From the NCBI GenBank assembly GCA_044356215.1, contig JBIKWQ010000002.1:1-64000 (forward strand): 64,000 nucleotides of DNA, read 5' to 3'. Below the pieces are notes generated by a model. The model was given only the letters and a program-made list of their open reading frames with translations. It was not told the origin of the DNA and ran no database searches. The DNA comes from Bdellovibrionota bacterium (GTDB lineage: Bacteria > Bdellovibrionota_C > UBA2361 > OMII01). Positions within the stretch are counted from its first letter, which is position 1. Each line of letters begins with the position of its first letter. A program made the position numbers and the translations under genes. Positions 18,815 to 28,042 of this stretch are shown piece by piece.

Positions 18815-19954
18815 CTACTCAATCACATCACGTAGGCTCTTAAGTGATAAAATCTTAATGACGCCTGGCTTCGTTAGGTCTAGTAACCCCTCTCGCTCCA
18901 AATTCTTTGTTACTCTAATCGCGGTTTCGGGAGTAGTTCCTGTAAGATCCGCTAACTCCTTTCGTGTTAGGAATATCCTCGTCGAGTCCTCACTCGCTGT
19001 CGGCCTGCCGAAACGAGGCGCCAGGGCTAGGAGAGCGGATATTATACGACTCTCTACTCGTGAGTGCGCGAGTCCTAGAGCTAGATCGTTGGTGCGTCTG
19101 GCTCTTCGCATAAGCTCTGAGGTGATCTGACGGTATATTACCGGATGCTTGTCAGCGAGAGCTTTTAAGTTAGCTGTCGGTATCGCCAATAACTTCGCGT
19201 CTGTTTGCCCGCGGATCGAAGTGTCAACTTCTTTGGGCTCGATCGCCCGAATAATTCCGGAGCAGTCTCCAGGAATTAATAGGTCAAGAGTGAGCTCTTT
19301 GCCGTGGGATGTAGATTTGATAACCGCGAGACGTCCAGATAGCACCATAAATCCGAAGTTTGGAAGCTCGCCATCCATTGATAGGTATTCTCCTCCACTT
19401 ACATCCTGAATTACGGCGGATTTGGTAAGATCATTTAGCTCGCGAGCTGGAATGTCATTAAATAGCGAGATCGCTCGAAGCGCCTCTAGCTTGTATTGGT
19501 CCACGGCATATCCCGCCTCTAGTCCCTCAGCAGGCTCAGGAACCGGTAGGATGTCCTCGTCCTCCTCCGCGGCAGCTTTCGCCATTCTTGAGCGGTGGAG
19601 CGCTATCTCTATATTAGCTCTTAGCTCATTAGGCTCAAATGGCTTCATTACGTAACCGGATGGGCCGGTTATCTTGGCTCTCTGCAGGGTCGCTTCATCT
19701 GAGTGCGCGGTAACAAAAATTACCGGGGCGCCTAGGCGGCTTGTGATCTCCTCTGCCGCTATGATTCCATCTATCTCACCCGGCATCGTGATATCCATCA
19801 ACACCACATCGGGCTTTAGGCGTAACGCCTGATCGACCGCGTCCCTCCCATTAGTCACTTGAGCTACGATGTTATAGCCAGCCGCCTCAAGCTCGTGACT
19901 TATATCAAGCGCCACTAACGACTCATCTTCAGCGATCATTACATTTGTTGACAT
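18815..19954 (-). CDS. Response-regulator receiver domain fused to a Crp/Fnr regulator
   Basis: AEDE, LMDITMP and KPF receiver motifs; cNMP-binding-like middle domain; LTRKELADLTGTTPETAIR HTH. Confidence 0.85.
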   Translation of the reverse strand: MSTNVMIAEDESLVALDISHELEAAGYNIVAQVTNGRDAVDQALRLKPDVVLMDITMPGEIDGIIAAEEITSRLGAPVIFVTAHSDEATLQRAKITGPSGYVMKPFEPNELRANIEIALHRSRMAKAAAEEDEDILPVPEPAEGLEAGYAVDQYKLEALRAISLFNDIPARELNDLTKSAVIQDVSGGEYLSMDGELPNFGFMVLSGRLAVIKSTSHGKELTLDLLIPGDCSGIIRAIEPKEVDTSIRGQTDAKLLAIPTANLKALADKHPVIYRQITSELMRRARRTNDLALGLAHSRVESRIISALLALAPRFGRPTASEDSTRIFLTRKELADLTGTTPETAIRVTKNLEREGLLDLTKPGVIKILSLKSLRDVIE

Positions 19955-20172
19955 AGTTTTCCTAACAGTGTGTTGGTCATTTAGAGCATCAGAAGCGAAA
20001 GTCGCGATACTTAATTTGCGATCGCTCGCCACTTAGCTCCCTAAAGCAAGCGTATCATACTTCATAGTTTCACTAGGTTAAATCATAAGTAGTTCAAAAT
20101 AGGTGAGGCAACGATCGATGTATGATCTAGGTTACTGACTAAGCATCAACACCCTTGACCCGTTGTGCCTAC

Positions 20173-21114
20173 TCACCGGATTTTTTTAATCCACCCCGCT
20201 CGCAATGAATCCGGCAGAGTTACATTAACTTCAGAACCCGTGATGGGGTGCCAGCAAGTGATCGAGAAACTTACAAGGTGAAGCGAATCCGCTGGTGCTC
20301 CACCATAAAAACGATCTCCTAAAAGCGCGGCGCCAGAGTTGGACGCGTGCACGCGGATCTGATGTGTGCGTCCAGTCAAAGGTTTCGCGCTGAAAACGGT
20401 TACTGGCGTTCCATCAGACTCGGAGTTGCCTAAAACGCTGAATTTAGTCAGCGCGTTCTGTCCGGATTCGTGATCGATAGCTCGTAATACCGGATGATCC
20501 TGTGAGCGGCCGATCGGTAAAGCAACGGTGAGTTGATTCCACGGGGGAAGAGCGAGAGTGGCGCAGAGATATTGTTTATCTACCAAGCGGTGCTCGAAAG
20601 CTTGCTGAAGTCCGGCGTGAGCTTCAGGTGAGATGCTGGCTATAATCAGTCCTTGGGTTGATACATCAAGCCTCGATGGCATGTGGATAGTCTTGCCTAC
20701 ATAGCGTTCAAGATAAGCTTTCATGCTGAAGTGCCGCTGTTCCTTCGCCGGCATGCTCGATAGCCCGGCTGGTTTGTAAGCGACTAATACGTGTTCATCT
20801 CGATAGACGATGTATTCCTCTTTAAAAGGGGGGAATATTTGAGCGGCCAGCGAGATCTCAAATTTCGGCTCATAATACTCGACTTTGCAGGGAGTAGGCA
20901 GAATTTGATCGGTTAGTATCGCTCTTCCATTGATGTAGATCCCACCGAAATCAAACCGCTCCGCCCAAGTGTTAGGGTGAATATGTGGTAGCTCCGCGTG
21001 GAAAAGATCAAGGAGTGTTCGCGGAGCGTCACTAGGATTGAGAAACGTCCATGACCAGTACTTAGTTCTTAAGCAATCGTTAATAGACTCTAGGTCCGGG
21101 GTGTGACTGATCAT
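20173..21114 (-). CDS. RluA-family pseudouridine synthase
   Basis: KPAG, SRLDVSTQG, TGRTHQIRVH, GDRFYG. Confidence 0.9.
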   Translation of the reverse strand: MISHTPDLESINDCLRTKYWSWTFLNPSDAPRTLLDLFHAELPHIHPNTWAERFDFGGIYINGRAILTDQILPTPCKVEYYEPKFEISLAAQIFPPFKEEYIVYRDEHVLVAYKPAGLSSMPAKEQRHFSMKAYLERYVGKTIHMPSRLDVSTQGLIIASISPEAHAGLQQAFEHRLVDKQYLCATLALPPWNQLTVALPIGRSQDHPVLRAIDHESGQNALTKFSVLGNSESDGTPVTVFSAKPLTGRTHQIRVHASNSGAALLGDRFYGGAPADSLHLVSFSITCWHPITGSEVNVTLPDSLRAGWIKKIR

Positions 21115-21147
21115 CTGTAACTACTCAGCCAGCTACGGGCGGTTTAA

Positions 21148-21837
21148 TCAGCGAGGCGCGCCTGGTTTGTAAGATTGATATTTCCTGAGCGCGTGCTCAA
21201 TGCGGGATAGGCGCTCAATTAAATCAGCAGCGGGGAGATCGGGGCTCAAATCCGCCGAACGGTTAAGTCCAAACGCCTCCTCGAATTTAGCTAATTTGGC
21301 TAATACATTTTGGTCCATCGCGCGCTTTAGCTTTAGCTTAACAATATCGAGTCTCTCAGCGCGAACATCAACCAACTGCTTAAGAGCTCCGGGGGTGCTG
21401 ATAGTAGTTACCTTAGAAGAGTCCTCTCCTGGGCACTCAGGCACGCTCGCCAAGAGATCACGGCCCTCTGAGTTCAGAGCGGGAGTTACGTTGCCGAAGA
21501 CGGTCGCTCCAGCTTCATCTGTAGCTATCGCTGAAGCGACAGAATCTGGTTGTAATTTGGAGCGAGGTACCGAGAATGATATCTCGTAAAGCTTGTCTCC
21601 AATCTTAGAAATAGTCGTATCGCTTATATTCGTGGATGAGCCAGATGAGAAAACGATACCTGATGCCTTAACTAAGGTCGGCTTTGATTCAGCCCTAACC
21701 ACGACTTTTACAGCGTCACCAAAGATGTCCACCGCGTGGGCTGATGTCACGCTGATGATTGTGGTTAAACACAGCGCTATGGTCGTGATAGGTCTGAGTA
21801 GCCGAGTATTAATTTCTATTGAGGTTAAAGCTCGCAT
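21148..21837 (-). CDS. Exported hypothetical protein
   Basis: Signal-peptide-like N-terminus (SAHA-V), beta-rich then coiled region. Confidence 0.65.
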   Translation of the reverse strand: MRALTSIEINTRLLRPITTIALCLTTIISVTSAHAVDIFGDAVKVVVRAESKPTLVKASGIVFSSGSSTNISDTTISKIGDKLYEISFSVPRSKLQPDSVASAIATDEAGATVFGNVTPALNSEGRDLLASVPECPGEDSSKVTTISTPGALKQLVDVRAERLDIVKLKLKRAMDQNVLAKLAKFEEAFGLNRSADLSPDLPAADLIERLSRIEHALRKYQSYKPGAPR

Positions 21838-21856
21838 AATTCCCTCAAGTTTACCT

Positions 21857-22423
21857 TTAATTTGTTAGAGATGATTTAATCTGCTCGAGTAACTTTAAGG
21901 ATGTCTCAAAGCTGGCTGTGTCTCTCTCAAGATTTTTAGCTTGCGATACTAGGCTTGATATCTCTCGCCTGAATTCAGCGTTAGGAGCGTCCTCTGGTAT
22001 CGTGACTTTATAGTTCTGAATACAACGTCTCTTTATGACGAAGCGCTCTGATGAGGATAGTGAACCATCTCTCTGGTGGACAACAAACTGATAGGTCATA
22101 GCCGCGATAGGGCTCGGTATCTCGACTTTAAAGGTCGGGTGGTCAGCGGCGTTTAGCGCTCCCCTTGGAAAGGCGATGTCGATGAAGCGACCATCTTTAG
22201 AGCCAACAAGTCTAATCTTAGTCTCGATATCAAAAGTGTTTTGGAGCTCGATCTCCAGCGTCATCAGAGTTCCGATAGCGGGCAGGGCATCACTAGCGGG
22301 CGCCCGATGCGACACTTTGATTTGAGGTGGTGTTCCGGCATCCTGCGCGAGAGTGATGCCCCCCCCCTCAAACAACATGAAAAGAGATACCAGGAGGATC
22401 GATTTTTTCAGATAACTAATCAT
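21857..22423 (-). CDS. Exported hypothetical protein
   Basis: Signal peptide (TLA-Q), beta-rich then coiled-coil region. Confidence 0.65.
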   Translation of the reverse strand: MISYLKKSILLVSLFMLFEGGGITLAQDAGTPPQIKVSHRAPASDALPAIGTLMTLEIELQNTFDIETKIRLVGSKDGRFIDIAFPRGALNAADHPTFKVEIPSPIAAMTYQFVVHQRDGSLSSSERFVIKRRCIQNYKVTIPEDAPNAEFRREISSLVSQAKNLERDTASFETSLKLLEQIKSSLTN

Positions 22424-22441
22424 AGCTCAGTACGGCGTATT

Positions 22442-24202
22442 CTACTTAGCTACCCGCCAGGTTCCAGCCTCGCCAGTAACTACGTCGATGACAGTACCAG
22501 TTATTTTCGAGGAAGACGACTCCTGATTAAATCTCAAAATAAGCCCGTTTGACCGAAAAGTAGGGCTGTTGGGGTCTTTATCCTCGGCTGCTTCGGCGCT
22601 GACGGTGGATGGTAACCATCCGTCTAAGCCTAGCATTAGAGTTAGTTCGCGTGACTCTGGATTTGAGATTATCGCCATAGGGGTAGCTGAGTCGGAGAAA
22701 ATTCCGGAAATGGAACCAGTATAGATTCCAGACGGCAGCGCCATGATCGATGGCGCTGGCTCAGCTGATTCAGAGGATTCCTGGGTTGACTTGGCGTCGG
22801 CTCCACTCTCAATCGCGGCGCCGGTTCGCGTCTGCGCGTCACTCGACGCGCTTTGATCTGGCTTGACTGCCTTTCCGCTAAATATCGAGCTGTAAGCGGA
22901 CACTCCACCCACAGTAAGGATGGCGAACGCGACCGCGACACCCAAGTACTTAACCAGGGATCTCGGAAGGGGGGACTGAAAAGGTCCTTCCAAATTCAGC
23001 GAGCTCGGATTGGGCTTAGCTTTTCTCTGAATTGGCGCCTGAGTATTCGAGGCCTTAACCGTTCGCTCATCGCGGACGGAGTCGTTCTTATGAGCCGATT
23101 GCTCAGCAGTGGGTAGATCGCTCTGTTGATTTGGCGCGGTGCTTGAACGCGTCGCTGTGTCGTTGTTAATGATCTCCTTTATTTTTTGAAGATCAATTGT
23201 TTCAGTTGGAGTCTGCTCAGGCCGTTTAGTCGGTTCCGCTACCGCGACATCTCGCGGAGCATCGGAGATGTCAGAGTTTGCGGGGGCAGATTTCGTCGCA
23301 ATGTCGTTGATCGCCACCTCCCCAATTATAGAAGTAGGCGCGGATGATGAAACCAGCCCCTTGAAGCCCTTGTTGTCCAGTGCACGAAGGGCATCCGAAG
23401 CTGTTTGAAACCTGTCGGTCGCCGAGAACAGCATTAGTGACCTGATCACACCCGCTACGTGAGGTGGGAGTTCCGGAATTAGCTGAGATATAGGAGTGAT
23501 CCTGGCGTCCTGTCGAGCATCGCACTTCTCGGCTATGGGGGCTTGAGAGAAGGGGTGTTTTCCACTGGCGACTTCATAGAAGCAAACACCTAACGAGTAT
23601 AGGTCAGACACTGTGTCGTAGCGTATACCATCTAGAACTTCAGGCGCTAAGTAATCAAAGCTACCAACGGCGTTTCTTAGCTCCGCGACCGGCACATCAT
23701 CGCCTGGTAGTAATGATAAGCCGAAGTCAGCGAGACGGATCTCGTCGTCGTTTAGGACGAGGATATTCTCCGGCTTTAAATCCCGGTGAATAACTCCGGT
23801 GGCATGAACAAAATCGATCGCCTCTAGCGCCTGTCGCAGGAACTTTTCGACTTGGTCAGGAGCCAGTCGTTTATTTGGGAGGGAAGCGATGTATTTGTTA
23901 AGGTCTCCTTGGGGAGCGTATTCCATCGCTAAGTAGCAGAGATCTTGGATTGAATGAAAATCATCGAGCCGGACCACGTATCGGTGTCGACACGAGACGA
24001 GGGTTAACGCTTCTCTTCTTAATTTGTCAGTCAGCGTAGTGGAGCCATCTCGATTGACTAAAACTTTGATGGCTACCTCTTGATTGGATCCAGTAATGTG
24101 ACGGCCGTGATAAACGACGCTGTCCACGCCGCGACCAACGATCGATAGGATCTCGTATCTCCCATCAAAGACCTTCCGTTTTGAGCTATTTGGAAGCGAC
24201 AT
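22442..24202 (-). CDS. Hanks-type Ser/Thr protein kinase with TM helix and extracytoplasmic domain
   Basis: VAIK, HRDLKPEN, DFG, YLAPE, SDLYSLG. Confidence 0.92.
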   Translation of the reverse strand: MSLPNSSKRKVFDGRYEILSIVGRGVDSVVYHGRHITGSNQEVAIKVLVNRDGSTTLTDKLRREALTLVSCRHRYVVRLDDFHSIQDLCYLAMEYAPQGDLNKYIASLPNKRLAPDQVEKFLRQALEAIDFVHATGVIHRDLKPENILVLNDDEIRLADFGLSLLPGDDVPVAELRNAVGSFDYLAPEVLDGIRYDTVSDLYSLGVCFYEVASGKHPFSQAPIAEKCDARQDARITPISQLIPELPPHVAGVIRSLMLFSATDRFQTASDALRALDNKGFKGLVSSSAPTSIIGEVAINDIATKSAPANSDISDAPRDVAVAEPTKRPEQTPTETIDLQKIKEIINNDTATRSSTAPNQQSDLPTAEQSAHKNDSVRDERTVKASNTQAPIQRKAKPNPSSLNLEGPFQSPLPRSLVKYLGVAVAFAILTVGGVSAYSSIFSGKAVKPDQSASSDAQTRTGAAIESGADAKSTQESSESAEPAPSIMALPSGIYTGSISGIFSDSATPMAIISNPESRELTLMLGLDGWLPSTVSAEAAEDKDPNSPTFRSNGLILRFNQESSSSKITGTVIDVVTGEAGTWRVAK

Positions 24203-24535
24203 GCGTTAGCCAGCTAAATATAAAATTCTGACACCCATTTAGGCGCCATTCACAACTACATCTACTAGGGTACCCCGGCCTGAAATCTAAGGCTACTTTC
24301 GGGCCGCAAAGATACACCGGCGGTAGGTATAGTTCTATCCTATAGTCTTCCGTTCTGATGGCTATGCTTCAGTTCTCACAGTCGGTATGAGTTCGTTATA
24401 GTAATTATCTGAATTTATGAGGGTTTCTCGTAGTCCTTATCTATTGTCTCGATGTTAGGTAGTGGGATACCGCTAGCCGCCTGAAAGTGTTACACTATCG
24501 CTCGGATTTTCACTAAGATGTGAAATTTCGATTGT

Positions 24536-24609
24536 GCACCCGTAGCTCAGTTGGATAGAGCACCCGCCTTCTAAGCGGGTGGTCAGAGGTTCGAATCCTC
24601 TCGGGTGCG
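24536..24609 (+). tRNA. tRNA-Arg (anticodon TCT)
   Basis: Acceptor stem GCACCCG/CGGGTGC, D-loop AGTTGGATA, anticodon arm CCCGC-CTTCTAA-GCGGG, T-loop GGTTCGAATCC; CCA not encoded. Confidence 0.96.
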
Positions 24610-24649
24610 TTCATCCATACTTTCTTTAAATAGAGATTAGGCTCGACCG

Positions 24650-25018
24650 ATGAATCAACTTAACCCTTATCTGGGTATCCTGTTACTCACAGTGGCGGCT
24701 GGTGGTTTTCTGGTAACCATGGTGCTTCTGGCCTCGTGGCTTGGGCCGAAAAACGCGACAAAAACAAAACAGATGCCGTGGGAGTGCGGCGCGATACCGG
24801 TCGGCTCTGTAAAAGATCAGAGATTTAATGTGCGGTTCTATCTAGTCGCGATGTTGTTCATCCTCTTCGATATTGAGGTGATCTTCATGTACCCATGGGC
24901 GGTAGTGTTAGAGGAGCTCGGCACCTTCGCGTTGCTGCAGATGCTATCTTTCATGGCAGTACTCGTAGTTGGATTCATTTACGTTTGGCGAAAAGGGGTC
25001 CTTAACTGGAACGATTAG
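24650..25018 (+). CDS. nuoA: NADH-quinone oxidoreductase subunit A
   Basis: ECG, RFYLVAMLFILFDIE, YVWRKGVLNW. Confidence 0.95.
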   Translation: MNQLNPYLGILLLTVAAGGFLVTMVLLASWLGPKNATKTKQMPWECGAIPVGSVKDQRFNVRFYLVAMLFILFDIEVIFMYPWAVVLEELGTFALLQMLSFMAVLVVGFIYVWRKGVLNWND

Positions 25019-25923
25019 TCGCGCTCCTCGGTATCATAGCTGCCCTGTGTGTCGCCAACCGACCGCGCTTCTGGTGGCAGGAATCTTTTTGTGGAGCCGC
25101 CGCATATTGGATTCCTTTTGCTATTGCAGCCGCGCTTTGGCTAGCTTCGAGACTTCGCGAGCATTTTAGGCTTAGCGCCGCGTCAACTTGGTTTGGGCTA
25201 ATTGGTTACAGCTATGTTGTAATTTTTATGGGGCTTAAAGCGCTCCCGTATTTTTATTTCGCGAATTGGCGTGTCGCTAACAGTTCTCAAACTGAATATC
25301 TTACGGGCATTTGGGTCGATGACTGGTCCGGTGTCGATAAGACAAGCGCGATAGAGCAGCTCGTTTTTAGCTATAAGCCAGACCTGTTTCTAGTTTCCGG
25401 CCAAAAGACCGGCGATCTAAAGGGCATCCTGCGGCGTGGGCACTTTAGGGACATAGCTTATGTGGATTCAGTTGAAGACCGATCGTTTGTGCTCGCGTCT
25501 ACCCGAACTATTTTGCCGATCAAGTTCCCGAATCTCGGTGTTATGGCGTGGTCCGGTGGTGTTTTTTCGATCCTTCTGGATCAGGAGCGAGAGTTTCAGA
25601 TAGGGGTGATGAACCTTGAGCCATCCATAAATAAGGAAAATTTTGAGCGCAACAGAGTTACCGCTCGAAGACTTTCATCGATTATGCGTGATAGTAGCTT
25701 GAGTCGATTGGTCGCCGCGCGGTTCAATACCACCCCATTTTCTCAATTCGTCTCGGTGTATACTGAGCAAGCGGGGATGAACTCTCTTATGTTTGGGGAG
25801 AGAGTGATGCCAACCTCAAATATATTGATCTCGAGGGATTTGGGGCGTCAGGGGATTAAACGTATAGTTGACTCAGGCGGAGACGGTGATGCATTTTGGT
25901 TTAAAATCGCGACCAACCACTGA
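25006..25923 (+). CDS. Membrane-anchored EEP (endonuclease/exonuclease/phosphatase)-like protein with degenerate motifs; probable CTG start
   Basis: The frame of the 25228 ORF is open back to CTG 25006 (after AGGGG) and adds hydrophobic helices. PDLFLVSG and ARFNTTPFS resemble the EEP PD...QE and GDFN motifs. Confidence 0.55.
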   Translation: MERLVALLGIIAALCVANRPRFWWQESFCGAAAYWIPFAIAAALWLASRLREHFRLSAASTWFGLIGYSYVVIFMGLKALPYFYFANWRVANSSQTEYLTGIWVDDWSGVDKTSAIEQLVFSYKPDLFLVSGQKTGDLKGILRRGHFRDIAYVDSVEDRSFVLASTRTILPIKFPNLGVMAWSGGVFSILLDQEREFQIGVMNLEPSINKENFERNRVTARRLSSIMRDSSLSRLVAARFNTTPFSQFVSVYTEQAGMNSLMFGERVMPTSNILISRDLGRQGIKRIVDSGGDGDAFWFKIATNH

Positions 25924-25937
25924 ATAGTTACCCAGAT

Positions 25938-26348
25938 TTAGCGAGTTCTAGACGGCATCGCCTGGGCGCGGCGCAAAGGACGCCCCGAGCTATTTATCGC
26001 TTGTTGGTGAGCTTGTTGGGATGCAGTTGATCTCCCGCCTCTACCTAAGATGATTGACTTCATCATTTTGCGGCGCTCTTCGTAGGTAATTATATCATCC
26101 GAATCAGAGTTGTGTTGGCTGTAACCCAAGTCAGGGAGAACCGGACCATCTGTCGATCCAAATCGTTCGAGACTTGGCGATGGTCTGGAAGCTCTTCCCG
26201 CTCCCTGAACTGCGGGGGCGCCACACCCATAAGCTTCCGCGGCATCTCCGTAGCACTCCGCCTGAGCAAGATTAGCATCGGTAGAAATAAATAAGAGCGC
26301 AAAAAATGTGCTAAAAATAATTGAGTGTTTCATAGAGTCATAATCCAT
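25938..26348 (-). CDS. Exported hypothetical protein
   Basis: Signal peptide (AQA-E), 136-aa ORF. Confidence 0.6.
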   Translation of the reverse strand: MDYDSMKHSIIFSTFFALLFISTDANLAQAECYGDAAEAYGCGAPAVQGAGRASRPSPSLERFGSTDGPVLPDLGYSQHNSDSDDIITYEERRKMMKSIILGRGGRSTASQQAHQQAINSSGRPLRRAQAMPSRTR

Positions 26349-26427
26349 AGAGTCACGCTTGCCGCGGGGTTTCTACTAATCATTATGGCACGTTTGCATG
26401 ATCTTGTGACATTTTTGCTCAGGAATC

Positions 26428-26590
26428 TAGGGCGCCGCAGTTTTTTATCACCACAGAGGACGCAGAGGACACAGAGAACGGCCATTTTATAGGTAATTAT
26501 GGGATTTTCTCTGTGTCCTCTGCGTCCTCTGTGGTAAAAAATATTTTACGAATTATCCCAGCGGCTTACCAAAAACACTGCGACGCCCTG
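26428..26590. mobile_element. 163-bp MITE with terminal IRs and a 9-bp target-site duplication
   Basis: TSD TCAGGAATC at 26419-26427 and 26591-26599; ends TAGGGCGCCGCAGTTTTT and AAAAACACTGCGACGCCCTG. Confidence 0.85.
26450..26535. repeat. Perfect 29-bp inverted repeat (REP-doublet-like) inside the MITE
   Basis: ACCACAGAGGACGCAGAGGACACAGAGAA at 26450-26478 and its exact reverse complement at 26507-26535. Confidence 0.9.
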
Positions 26591-26836
26591 TCAGGAATCA
26601 AATTTATCGTGAGAAGATGTGACCTATTTTCATTAGATTTACCTCCAAAAGAGCAAGTAATTCTGAGCAGATGAGCGATTAGATCGGGGGAGTACGAAAG
26701 GTAACGTAACTACTCACTGGATTATTTGGATCTTTGCAGTCATAACATCGCTAAAAGAGTAGCTAATCAATACCTGTATATCTTGTTGCGGGCCGCTGAT
26801 CGGGTAAGAATGGGGCGTGATCTGCGAGTGTTTAAG

Positions 26837-27901
26837 ATGCGAGAAATACGATTTTATTCAGTGATGTTTTCTTTGTTGGGGCTTGTTTTAACAGCGAGCG
26901 CATGGCCCGCGCTCGCGGAGACACGCCCGCCTCATGGCTTCAAGGCTGGAGTTGCTCGTAAGTCAACACCCCCTCCGGGTATGGTTTGGATCCCCGGAGG
27001 GAAATTCACCATGGGGAGCAAGGACGATAGTAGTCGCTCAAATGAAGGTCCCCCGCATGCCGTTCACGTAGCCGGTTTCTGGATCGACCAGACCACGGTC
27101 ACCAATGCGCAATTCGAGAAGTTTGTTAAAGCTACAGGCTACGTCACCACCGCCGAGAAGGTGCCTTCGTGGGATGAGTTGAGTAAGCAATTTCCTCCAG
27201 GTGCAGAGAAACCAACCGATCTGAAATTTGAGGCGGGGTCGCTGGTTTTTACCCCAACGAATGGGCCGGTCAATCGGAGAGATATGCGTAATTTTTGGCG
27301 CTGGGTTCCGGGCGCTAACTGGAGACATCCTGAAGGCCCAGGAAGTTCAATAGCGGACCGTATGGATCATCCGGTTGTCCAAGTGTCGTGGTTCGATGCG
27401 GAGGCTTATGCGAAGTGGGCAGGTAAACGACTTCCTACAGAGGCCGAGTGGGAGTTCGCGGCGCGCGGGGGGCTTGAGCAAAAGAAATTCCCGTGGGGCG
27501 ATACAGATACAGTTGGCGGAAAATTTATGGCGAACACCTGGCAGGGGGATTTTCCGTATCGTAATACTGCCGAGGATGGGTACGTTGGCACTGCGCCGGT
27601 GAGATCGTTCCCAGCTAATGGTTGCGGCCTCTTTGATATGGTCGGAAATGTTTGGCAGTGGTGTAGTGATTGGTATAGCGCTGATGCGTTTGTGCAGAGA
27701 GCACAAGAGCCGTCGTGTCACAATCCTCAGGGGCCTGATAGCAGCCGGAATCAGCACAACCCAAATCAGGAACAGCGAGTTACCAAGGGTGGCTCCTTTC
27801 TCTGTCATGTAAGTTATTGCGAGAGCTACAGGCCTGCGGCGCGTCGCGGTACTCCGCCGGATACGGGGATGTCGCATATTGGGTTTCGGTGTGTGAGGTA
27901 G
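26837..27901 (+). CDS. Formylglycine-generating enzyme (FGE/SUMF1 family)
   Basis: HPVVQVSW, RLPTEAEWE, KGGSFLCHVSYCESYRPAAR, GFRC. Confidence 0.92.
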   Translation: MREIRFYSVMFSLLGLVLTASAWPALAETRPPHGFKAGVARKSTPPPGMVWIPGGKFTMGSKDDSSRSNEGPPHAVHVAGFWIDQTTVTNAQFEKFVKATGYVTTAEKVPSWDELSKQFPPGAEKPTDLKFEAGSLVFTPTNGPVNRRDMRNFWRWVPGANWRHPEGPGSSIADRMDHPVVQVSWFDAEAYAKWAGKRLPTEAEWEFAARGGLEQKKFPWGDTDTVGGKFMANTWQGDFPYRNTAEDGYVGTAPVRSFPANGCGLFDMVGNVWQWCSDWYSADAFVQRAQEPSCHNPQGPDSSRNQHNPNQEQRVTKGGSFLCHVSYCESYRPAARRGTPPDTGMSHIGFRCVR

Positions 27902-28042
27902 TGAGTGGTCAATCCCTGAATAGGCTTCACGTGAGACATCTTCCCCCTTGTCTCCACCCCCCTAATTTGATTTAATACCGGCACTTCGCGTTATTCGTAG
28001 CGCTTGCAACTGTATTCTTTCCATTTACATCCCGGAGGTAAT

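Noticed and set aside
26386..26403. TGGCACGTTTGCA as a sigma-54 promoter
   Set aside because: The GG-to-GC spacing is not 10 bp.
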